From Lytechinus pictus (lineage: Eukaryota), in the NCBI RefSeq assembly GCF_037042905.1, contig NC_087255.1:29450001-29514000 (forward strand): DNA of 64,000 nt, read 5' to 3'. A model generated the notes under the pieces. The model was not told the origin of the DNA and did not search any database. It saw nothing but the letters and a program-made list of their open reading frames with translations. Below, in pieces: positions 53,186 to 64,000 of the stretch. How positions within the stretch are numbered: position 1 is the first letter of the stretch; each line of letters starts with the position of its first letter. Position numbers and translations under genes: made by a program.

Positions 53186-56100
53186 CTGAGAAAAAAACAA
53201 GAATATTGAGGTTCAGAATTCCTTTTTTTTTAATCATTTTTTCTCAAAAAGTATATATTGTCATCAGGTATTTACTCCTCCAGTAAATCACATGCAAACA
53301 TCATTATATCATCACACAAGGGCCGTACTATACCACTGGCTTTGTGAGGCTTAATTCATGAGGGGCTGATTTCTTGGATAAGGCACATTATTTTTCTTTA
53401 GAAAATGTGAGTGAGCAAAACGAGTGAAAAAATATATCTCATTCTCCACTCTGTCACCTTCATATACATCCATCATTCCTGGCTATGTTATATTTATTTA
53501 TTTGTTTGTTTTCATTAGATTATAATGCAGGGTAGGCCTGTTCAGTTATGCAAAACTGCTTTCCAAAGGCGCCCTACAGTTTAACAAATAACTCAATACC
53601 ATAGCAATTCAATGTATGTAACATAATAAAGTGCAAACAGAATACGTTATTATAGAATGAATCAACAAGTATTATGGAATTATTACATCAAGTTATTCAG
53701 TGTAATTACATGTATTACAGTCAGAATTTTAATGATTTACAGTGATTTTTTAATGCATGGAGGGACGTGCATTTTTGTATATCACGAGGGAGCGAATTGA
53801 ATAAGACGGCAGCAACATATTCAAAATATTTGTTTTCATAAACCGTCCTTGGTCAGGGTATTTGAAGGGGACATTGTTCAGAATATCGTGTTTTATGACT
53901 TAAATTACGTTTGCAGATAATAATAATAATCCGCTTTTATATAGTGCTTAATAAATCGGAACGACGTGTCTAAGCACTTTACATAATTATTACCCCGGTC
54001 ATCGGATTCAATCAGTCATCCCTGCACACAATGTGTGCACATCCTCCACTCTCTGGGGAGTATTCCAGTTAGTCGCCGGTGAGGCGCACACAGTACTGTA
54101 CAAGCTACAATGACTTTCACATCCTACCGGGTACCAATTTTGCAGTGATGTTAATTTAGATTTGCGCCAAAATATGCAGTGAATGAATTCCAGATGCCAA
54201 TGATGTCATAATCCTACATGAGTTAGTATTCATTTGCAAATCCCTTTTCAATTAAATTAACTTGAGAATTGATACTGATATAATAGCAGGGCCCGCTGGT
54301 AGAACAGTTTTCGAAACTGAAGTGGCTACCCTGGGTAAATATACCTATATTATTATTATTATTAAATGTGTTTATTGAATAATTGAAATGTAAATTACTG
54401 AAAAAGTGTTTTGAAATGGATTTTAATACAACTCTTGTAGGATTATGTTATCATTGGCATCTCAATTCATTCATTAAATACCGCCATGCCATAGTTTGGC
54501 GCAAATCAACAATTACATCCCTGCAAATAATTCCTCCTGATCATCCAAGCGTTAACACCTACCACATAAATATGGTTTCAAAATATTTGGGAGAAGATGC
54601 TCTTTCCATTCATGTATAATAATAATGCATTCATGACATATTTCTTTTATTTTTGAGGTGTCAATTTTTTTTACTCACACCATTGAGGGTCAGCAAAATG
54701 CAGTTGCTGCTTGTCAACCCTTATCTATCTGAGAATTTGGACAAAAATTTGTGGGGAGGGGGGGGGGGGGCAATGAGCGACCTCTTTCGTACAGACCCTT
54801 CCTATTCATTATTGATTCTTTGATATAGATGAAAACGTGAATAAATTGACTCGAAAACGAAAAAAAATAGGTTTGCTAAAATAATTGAGACTAAAATGCC
54901 GTGAAATATTTTGAAACCGTAGGCCTAGAAAGGGCCGAGTAACGATTTCTGGCGACCATAGTAAGATTAACAATAGGCACCCGTTTCACTAGAAAAAAAA
55001 ATCAATCATAATTATAGATTGTTTCTACGTAATACCATTTATTTATATTATTTTGCATATTACTGTAAAGAATTATCACAATTCACTTAAATCATTTAAA
55101 ATCAGTGTCGTGCTGCATCAACTAATAGGCACGATAGGTCACCTATAACAATATTGTACAACCTTGCAGCTTTGCAAGCGAAAGATTATCAAAATAGGTT
55201 TAGATATCACGATCGTGAAAAATTAAAGATTCCTCACGTCACAAGATCACTCACATGAACCCTTTCAGTGATGTTGGAACTTACAACATTCACATATGGG
55301 ATATCATCGAGAAGGGCAATATTTATAAAGGTTGCTTGTCTAATTCTCTAACTAATTTGTATTGTTTTTGTATTTGATGGTTAAACCAATATTAATATTA
55401 AACTGTACAATAATGTATTGAATCCCCGGCATGTACTCGCTCTCTGAACTGAAGGTTCTTATTCGTCAACGATGGTTAGGGATGAAGAAATGGAACAGAA
55501 CAGAATCAGATTCACATTTATATGAATTTACAGGCAAATTTTCAAGCCGTAACTCTGTCCATTCTTTCATTTCAGGAATACTAATACCTCGGTCACATTT
55601 GCTCTTCGGTGGCCGTACGGTGAGTCGAAAACAGCACTTTTATTGATTTTTATTCAAACCATGTATATGTAGCTATTACAAAAAAATGTCAAAACGGCTG
55701 TTTTCGACTCGCCGTACGGCCGCCGTAGAGCAAATGTGACCGAGGTATAAGTCTTCTGATCAATTACCAAAATTCTACCCGTATGTTTGGTGGGTACATA
55801 CTCAATTGTTAAATCAAATAGACGCATATATCAATCATTATAATAAACAGTTCTTGTATAGCGATTATAACATTATTATGATTATAACGTCTCTGAGCGG
55901 TTCAAAAGGACTTATTACAATGGATTTAGTTTGGTGGTCGTAATATATATTTACAGCGTACTCGCATAATTAATTCCTGTAAGGTACACATTTACCCGCG
56001 TTGAGTGCAGCACAATGTGGATCAATTTCATGATTTTGACATGCTATTCATAAAATGATATAACAAATTAACCCATTTGTCTTTTACCTCTCTCTTTTGT

Positions 56101-57525
56101 CCCCTATTTTTTTCCTTCTTGATCTTGAAACGGGGGGGGGGGGTGCATGGCCTAGTATGCAAGCAAATACTCATATTTGACACTTTTGATAAATTTTACT
56201 ATGTCTATAATAAAAACTAGACTGCAAATTGCAAAACTCTGTGTCAAATAAAATGCGGCAATGGTAAATAATGAATCTAGTCTCACTACTTCAGACTCTA
56301 CACTATGCGAATTGCACCAAAAAAATGTCTGTGCATGCATACTAGGCATAGCACCCAAGCAGTCCCCTTCAACATATGTACGCCAGTGACTGCAACGAAT
56401 ATACTATCGAAGGCTTTTGATGTTTGGCGTTTACCTACATTGGATCTAATACGTGAAAATCTACGATATATGAAACACAATATATTATGTAACAATGATT
56501 CTAAATGATTTTAAATGGTAAATCATGAAGAAAACAGAAGGGGAAACCAGCAAAATGCAGCTTGTGCTGGGAATACCCGTGATGATTCAAACTTAATTCA
56601 AATTAAATATGACGAGCATTATGAAAAAATGTTATATTACATGCAGTAGAATATGAATTTAGAGCGAATCTAATTCATGAAAAGGGGATAATGGAATTAT
56701 CAGTGGTCTGTTTTATAAATCTATAACAAAAAAAAAAGGACAAGCCAATCAAAATCACTGTTTGGCAGTTCCTAAAAGGTAAAGTTAATGAAACCTTTAA
56801 TGAAACGGGTCCGTGGTGGCATATTCCTCCTAACTTTTTTGGGGTAAATGTTGACACCCATACCTACTCAAATCAGTCAAAAAACCACTTCCAATAATTT
56901 TATTCCAGATGGTTACTAATTACGGGATACTAGTAGTGGAAATAAATAATATCAAGTATCATGCTATGCATAATAGACACATAAACAGGGAGGATTCTGA
57001 TAATCTTCCCACAGCTTAAAGCTATGGTAAGGGTAATGTTTTTGGAGAGGATTAATCTTACAAAAAGTAAAGAGACCATTGCATCTTAGTTCTGTTGATC
57101 GTTTCCAAATGCTGAATTTCGAATATTGAGCTAGTGACCGCCCTTTCTTAGAAATGTATTATTTTCTTCTTTAATAAAAGTGACCCGTTAGCAATTATCT
57201 TTTAAATCTATATAGTGATTAGATATAAGACAGCCTTCAGACAATAATGGTATCCTGTAAATGATCATTCTAGGGCATATGGATTTATATTTGAAGGAAA
57301 TACCGAGAAATCTAAATTTATTGTTAAACCGATCAAACAAAATGTCATACCTTATCACAAAATTTCTCCAATAAAGCGCATTTTTATTTGTATCCTTCAC
57401 ATTAGACTTGTTTCAAGGCAAACATTAAAAAAAAAAAAAATCAATCTCAAAAGTGAATGGGATTACCATAATTTTTAACAGACCCTCAGTTCGATAAGGA
57501 TTAAAATGTTCTTGAATCTGTTTAG

Positions 57526-60500
57526 CTAATCTTCTTGGACGACTAAGTACTCATTAGGCTTATCCTTAGCTTCCGAACGGGGCCGATGTTCATAATAATG
57601 ATGATTGAGGTTCTTTGGCGCCATCATGGGTGAGGGCGTCATGTCGATGGGAGCGCGTTGGTAGCCTATCCTTGACTCGTACATGCTACCCACGGCAAGT
57701 GTGGCAAGCTCACCACCCGAGGTGGTAGGATCACAAACAGAATATTCCGGTGGGAGATCATCAACTTTCGGTGTGTCTGGTAATGCTCCTAACCTACTCC
57801 CTTCAGAGGTACGGGGAATTTGTGTTGAGTATGTCGATGTGTAGTCATTAGAAAGTACATCCTTAGGAGCAGCATAGATGGGATCATCCAGGCCTAATAT
57901 CTTGCTTTCGGCGCATGGGTAGGACATACCTCCTACAGCACCCATTGGTAGATTGGCAGCAGGGTTGGTATTACCGTGGAGGTCGCTGGCTAATGGAAGA
58001 TCCCGGTTTCTTTTATTTACAAATCTGAAAAAATAAGAATATTGAGGTTCAGAATTCATTTTTTTAATCATTTTTTCTCAAAAAGTATATATTGTCATCA
58101 GGTATTTACTCCTCCAGTAAATTACATGCAAACACCATTATATCAACACACAAGGTCCGTACTATACCACTGGCTTTGTGAGGCTTAATTCATGAGGGGC
58201 TGATTTCTTGGATAAGGCACATTATTTTTCTTTAGATAATGTGAGTGAGCAAAGCGAGTGAAAAAATATATCTCATTCTCCACTCTGTCACCTTCATTTA
58301 CATCCATCATTCCTGGCTATGTTATATTTATTTATTTGTTTGTTTTCATTATATCATAATGCAAGGTAGGCCTGTTAAGTTATGCAAAACTGCTTTCCAA
58401 AGGCGCCCTGCAGTTTAACAAATAACTCAATATCATAGCAATTCAATGTATGTAACATAATAAAGTAAAAACAGAATACGTTATTATAGAATGAATCAAC
58501 AAGTATTATGGAATCATTACATCAAGTTATTCAGTGTAATTACATGTATTACAGTCAGAATTTTAATGATTTACAGTGATTTTTTAATGCATGGAGGGAC
58601 GTACATTTTTGTATATCACAAGGGAGCGAATTAAATAAGACGGCAGCAACATATTCAAAATATTTGTTTTCATAAACCATCCTTGGTCAGGGTATTTGAA
58701 GGGGACATTGTTCAGAATATCGTGTTTTATGACTTAAATTACGTTTGCAGATAATAATAATAATCCGCTTTTATATAGTGCTTAATAAATCGGAACGACG
58801 TGTCTAAGCACTTTACATAATTATTACCCCGGTCATCGGATTCAATCAGTCATCCCGCACACAATGTGTGCACATCCTCCACTCTCTGGGGAGTATTCCA
58901 GTTAGTCGCCGGTGAGGCGCACACAGTACTGTACAAGCTATACAATGACTTTCACATCCTACCGGGTACCAATTTTGCACCTGGGTCGAGAGTGGCAAAG
59001 TGTGGACTAACGCCTTGCCAAAGGACGCCAGACCGAGGTGGGATTCGAACACACAACCCTCTTTTTACAAGGCGAGAGTCAGAATCACTGCACCACGGTT
59101 CCTCCACCGTGATCCAAAAGTGGTCCCAAATAGGATGGGGCTAAATCGTTTTGTATTTTGAAAGCAAGAACACAATATTGATATTTGATACGTTCCTCCA
59201 CTGTTTGCCATTTGAGTGTAGACAACAATCATGTTGGGGAGTAAGATAGTCGTTAATTATTCAAAATTATTCGGGCATACTTATTCTGCAATTTTTATAT
59301 CTTATTTTTGTTATTTTCGTTGGTTTTTGCACAGCTTCCTTAAGATGTACAACAATAATCAATGTAAGGTAAAATCATGGCAAAATATAAATTCTTAAGA
59401 ATTCTAGGCGGAAGAAATTGTTTAATTACCTAATTTATACACCCGGCTATCGTACGAGATATTTTTTCATACTCAGAATCATTTCTCACTTCCCATCCCC
59501 CCTCCCCTCTCTCTCTCTTATCACCTCTTCATTTATGAAAACCTGGAAATATACTCACTTGTATAGGAAACATAGGCAGATTCCAATTAATAGAACGAAC
59601 AATGCCCCAGCCACAATGCCTATTAGAGCTGATATTGGCAACCCTTGCTCATCTGTACACAAAGAAAAGAGAGATAAATATATTACTAATCATTTGATAA
59701 ATCTTGTATTTCATCTCTTTGCTGAGCATAATTCAAGAGAAAGAACTAATACTTGACCGTCAAAATAACGTCAGATATGCTTTAATACCAATACCAAGAT
59801 TATTTGTATTGATTTCAGGGCGATTCTAGAAGTAATATACAATTAAGAATAATTTATTATATTTATAGTATAGACCTTTCCCGCGCGACACTAATTTGTA
59901 ATGCATCACAAACACTACAAGTTGAAAATGATTAAAAAATATAACCATTTACATTGCATAGAAAAGGTCTCTGTATTAGAGCATTAACGCAAACTAAAAT
60001 TTCAAAACTACATAATATTTATAATGAGGCTAACATCTTTAAGGCTTTCATCAATTGAGAAATGTAATTGCCTGAATAGTTCCAAGCTAGCAGTGGCCAA
60101 ATATTTCACATTTTCAAACATTCCATTGACATAGATAGGGAACACAAATAATTCTGATTTAACATATTACAACAATTTCGAATCAAGCGTGTTAACAGAG
60201 TATTAGACACGGCAAGAGGATTGTGAAAATACGTTTATGTTAGGTGTAGTTTTGTTCAGTACCTGATTGACAATCTAGATCGGCCAGCTGAATCCATTCT
60301 CCGGTGGCGCCATTGCATCTCCAAACGACAGAAGCATCTATCTCATCGCATTCAATCGTGATCAGAGCTCCTGCCATGTACGTACTCTGGGGTTGCGAAA
60401 CATGGCTAAGAGGATGGTTCGGCAACGGACACGTGATCTCTAAAAATCGATTAAAAGAAATATCGTTTTTAACCAAATTTTCCGCAAAAAGTGGCAGAGG

Positions 60501-63098
60501 CTTTAGCTATGTCATGTGAGTAGTAGAAAAGCATAACGGTAGCTAATGATTTACGACCGTAGTTTGCAGTAGGTGACGAACTACCTAGGATCCACTTAAA
60601 AAATCTTTGCACATATTAGAAAGGCATTGGTCCCAAACACAATGTCCCTCAGAAAGGACTTAAGTAATGGTTAAGTCATCTTACTTACTTAGATTTTGTT
60701 TTAGATAAAAGGGTGGTAAATGAATACCACTAACTAATCCAACAAACCTTCACTGCATGTGTCTCCAGTAAAACCCTCAGCACACTCGCATGTATATCCT
60801 AGTGATTCTTCCGTGCAGGTGGCTCCATTCGTACAGGGTGACGGGTCGCAATAAGTAATGTCTGTAAACATGGCAAGACAAACGATAAATATAAACTTCG
60901 GATATTAGTGCTACATCATAAGAGTGTTACTCTTTCAATGTGGGTAATATCATAGTCAAGAACCTTATCATTAAACAATTTACTCCAGCATTTTTTTTGC
61001 ATTTCCATCATAAATGTTAAGAAAAAGAACCAAAACCGTTACGTCACACCCCCATAAAGGTGTTGGTACTGATTTTGGCGTGATTTCATTATGGTGGGGA
61101 TAGTACACGCTTTCCCTCTTTTCTTTTTTTTCTTTTCTATTCTCGAATTCATTTTAGTTATTTCTTTTCATCGTCTTTTTGCTTCTATTCTTGTTCTTGT
61201 CTTATTCCTCTCCGTATAATTCTTGTTCACCCCTTATCTTCTTTCTTCCTTCATGTGCTCATGGAAACATTAACTTTCAATCCTTTTCTCTCAGGCCAGT
61301 CTCTGAAAATGAAGTTCTTAAAGTGTTATGTGGTATGAAAAATATGAAATTAATCGGCACTGATGGAATTCCTATGTATATTTTGAAATTGTCTGTTCAT
61401 GTAATAATATCGTCTCTGACTCATATTATAAATACTTCATTATCAAGTGGGATAATGCCCTCACGTTGGAAACAGGCCAAAGTTGTGCCGATTTATAAAT
61501 CTGGTGAAAAAAACAAATCCCTCTAATTATCGGCCAATTGCGATTCTTTCATCGGCTTTTAAAACTTGTTCAAATTCAACTTGCTAACCACTTGAAAGTG
61601 AACAATTTACTTTCTTCACATCAGTCTGGCTTTAGAGAAAAGCACTCAACCATCACTTCTCTTATAAGAGTCACTGATGAATGGCTTCACGCTCTTGACA
61701 ATGGTTAATACCCTGGAGTGGTTTTCATAGACATGCGTAAGGCATTTGATACCGTTAACCATTATATTCTTTTTGAAAAACTCAATTCTCTTGGAGTTTC
61801 AGATTCTAGTCTTATATGGTTTAAAAGTTATATGAACCGTAAAATATGTACTTGTATAAATTCTACTATCTCTGACAGAGCCATTGCTCTTTACTATATA
61901 TGTAAATGACATCACAAAGAATGTCGATCAATATACTATCCATTTTTACGCAGATAATACTGTCCTTTATTTTCCCTTAAAAATGTAAGAAATATAGAAA
62001 GTATACTGAACACACAGTTAAACCATATTTACAAATGGACATGATGGATGTGTTCTAATAAGTTGAGTTTAAACTTTGATAAAAAAGAATGTTTGATGAT
62101 TGGGTCCCGCACTATGTTAAATAAGTAATCCCCACGTCAAATATGTGTATAGGGAAAGTGGATCCAACCTAAAGAAAGTGCTAAATATCTTGGAGTGGTT
62201 ATTGATCATCAGTTAAAATGGGACAAACATATTGAATACTTTACTGAAAAAGTGAGCAAGCTGTTAAGTTTTTGGGGGGCTGTCTTCGACACAGTTTTAA
62301 TGAGGCTAGCTTAAAATTTATCTACCAATTAGTTATTCTTCCTAGTTTTACTAAGCTGATATAGTGTACGATTATAACAAAGGATGTGTTACCCAATTGC
62401 AAAAGTTGCAAAACAGAGCTGAAAGAATAATACTTGGGATAAGTCCATTCAAACATATATCGAACTGTAATATTTACCAAATATTAAACTGGGAATAAGT
62501 TTAATATTTTTGGGTGGGTGGTGGGTAGGGTTCGATACTCGGTTTCTACTGAAGGATGGGGTGGGATTGCTGTTCTTTCTCCCTTTAGCTGTTGTTGCTT
62601 TTATGTTATACAAATTTGTTAAATTCATTTGTTAATGAATTTATTTTTGTAATATGAATTTCATGTTGTTTATTTAACATAGCTGGACCCCTCGGCAAAA
62701 CAGTTGTGCTGTAATGGCTCAGCTGAATAGGGCGATCCATCCAATGTTATTTTATCATGTATTACATTATGTTGTAATTTTATATTGTTTTTATATTGGT
62801 AAATAAAATGAAATCAAATCAAAAAAAAAAATGTATAGTTTGTTAATTTCCTCCAATCCTTCAATTATTCTTACTATATTGTTTTTTTTACGATAACTTT
62901 TTCGTGATTTTTCATCCCTAGCTCTATGTCAAAAATAAATTCAATCTGAATGGCCGAGTATTCTCTGGTTTGAATAATACGTACTTGTTTCGCAATTGAG
63001 GCCTGTGAATCCAGGTTGACAGGTACAATCGTAAGAATCCACTTCAGGTTCACTGCAACTCCCATGAACGCAGGGTGCTGAATCGCATTCATTGATAT
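57526..63098 (-). CDS. 3' part of an EGF-EGF-sushi(CCP)-TM receptor with a Tyr-rich cytoplasmic tail; the 5' end lies beyond the gap or window edge
   Basis: Exons 62985-63098 ([14 protein letters not shown]...[13 protein letters not shown], Ca-binding EGF type), 60748-60861 ([12 protein letters not shown]...[12 protein letters not shown]), 60263-60439 (CPLP...IEC...WRC...GEW...DC, sushi), 59559-59652 ([24 protein letters not shown]), 57526-58024 (tail). Phases are consistent. Confidence 0.87.
58751..59105 (-). mobile_element. Same SINE family, reverse orientation; a truncated duplicate lies at ~53918-54144
   Basis: Reverse-complement match to 30175-30520. Confidence 0.85.
61270..62830 (+). 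mobile_element. Decayed CR1/L2-type LINE in an intron of the EGF-sushi gene
   Basis: Frameshifted RT remnants [57 protein letters not shown] plus (AAATC)n tail. Confidence 0.88.
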
Positions 63099-63335
63099 CT
63101 GTAGTCATCATAGTGTTATAAAATTCACAATTTTCACAAATATTTTTAGTATTATAATACCAACTGTCCAGAAGCTATCATAGGGATGAATAGGCGTCGG
63201 GGAAAACATAGGGTTTATTCCATAAAAGCAGTAGAACGACGATTTTATTGGGGGAATTGAATTTATGTCAAAAGTAATTTTGAATAATTGAAGAGGACGA
63301 AAGGTCTCCCTAACGTCGGATTTAAGGTAATTTGT

Positions 63336-63472
63336 AGAAGTAGTAGAAGTAGTAGTAGTAGTAGTATTAGTAGTAGAAGTAGTAGTAGTAGTAGTAGTAT
63401 TAATAGCAATAGTATTCGAAGTAGAAGAAGTAGTAGTACATTAGTAGTAGTACTAGTAGTGGTGGTAGTAAT
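63336..63472. repeat. (TAG)n microsatellite abutting the gap
   Basis: AGT/TAG runs. Confidence 0.9.
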
Positions 63473-63632
63473 NNNNNNNNNNNNNNNNNNNNNNNNNNNN
63501 NNNNNNNNNNNNNNNNNNNNNNNNNNNNNNNNNNNNNNNNNNNNNNNNNNNNNNNNNNNNNNNNNNNNNNNNNNNNNNNNNNNNNNNNNNNNNNNNNNNN
63601 NNNNNNNNNNNNNNNNNNNNNNNNNNNNNNNN
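63473..63632. other. Assembly gap (160 N)
   Basis: Run of N. Confidence 1.
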
Positions 63633-64000
63633 CAACAGCAGCAACACGATATCACACCGAAGGGCCTTTATTCCATTAGTTCCCGATACTGCCGATAAAA
63701 ATAAATGAAGTGTGTTCATTCTCTTCTCAAGAAACAATTAACATTCACCGTTATACTCCATAAATAATTATAGAATTGTACTGAACTGATTTCGCAAACA
63801 AAATAATTAATAACATGCACGGCATTTCATTTATTCATTTCGAGCGGACTCTCGTCCCTTTGTAACAGTTTCAATACGCCTCTTTGTCATTTTTCTTTTA
63901 AAAGTTTTAATCTTTCCTGCATTATCATTGTTTAAAATTGGGTGCGGCATACAGTATTTTTAAAACGTTACTTGCCTTCATCGCAGGAAATCCCTGTGTA

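Larger units (their letters stand above)
49360..58979 (+). repeat. Direct tandem segmental duplication with ~4.8-kb units (49360-54144 and 54139-58979)
   Basis: The two units are co-linear and highly similar, and the ORF track shows paired ORFs (50649/55431, 52347/57188). The junction at 54139-54144 is a TTTGCA microhomology shared by both breakpoints. Confidence 0.92.

Noticed and set aside
50649-57400. Paired short ORFs such as MYSLSELK... and MKNTNKN...
   Set aside because: They recur only because of the segmental duplication, overlap MITEs or probable UTR, and have no recognisable motifs.
63263-63737. ORFs crossing the N run
   Set aside because: Artefacts of the gap and the (TAG)n microsatellite.

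Overview
AT-rich, intron-rich eukaryotic (metazoan) DNA. The repeat families and gene style suggest an echinoderm such as a sea urchin, which is an inference. All gene models were spliced by hand. (1) The 5' half of IFT74 (minus strand, 9 coding exons, running off the left edge) is head-to-head with (2) a complete PHF24/GINIP-like gene (plus strand, 9 coding exons, 398 aa). Then comes a minus-strand cluster of three single-pass membrane genes with the same 3' exon-phase architecture and tyrosine-rich tails: (3) a 541-aa receptor with one six-bladed YWTD propeller and no EGF module; (4) a 156-aa ectodomain-less, LAT/TRAP-like adaptor candidate with three YxN motifs and an ITIM-consensus site, missed by the ORF track; (5) the 3' end of an EGF-EGF-sushi-TM receptor. 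The last exon of gene 5 lies in a ~4.8-kb tandem duplication with a microhomology junction, and the second copy has a premature stop. Introns and intergenic DNA hold many MITEs, tRNA-derived SINEs, CR1/L2-type LINE fragments, a satellite-bearing Helentron-type element and a 207-bp near-perfect palindrome in IFT74 intron 1. There is a 160-N assembly gap near the right end.
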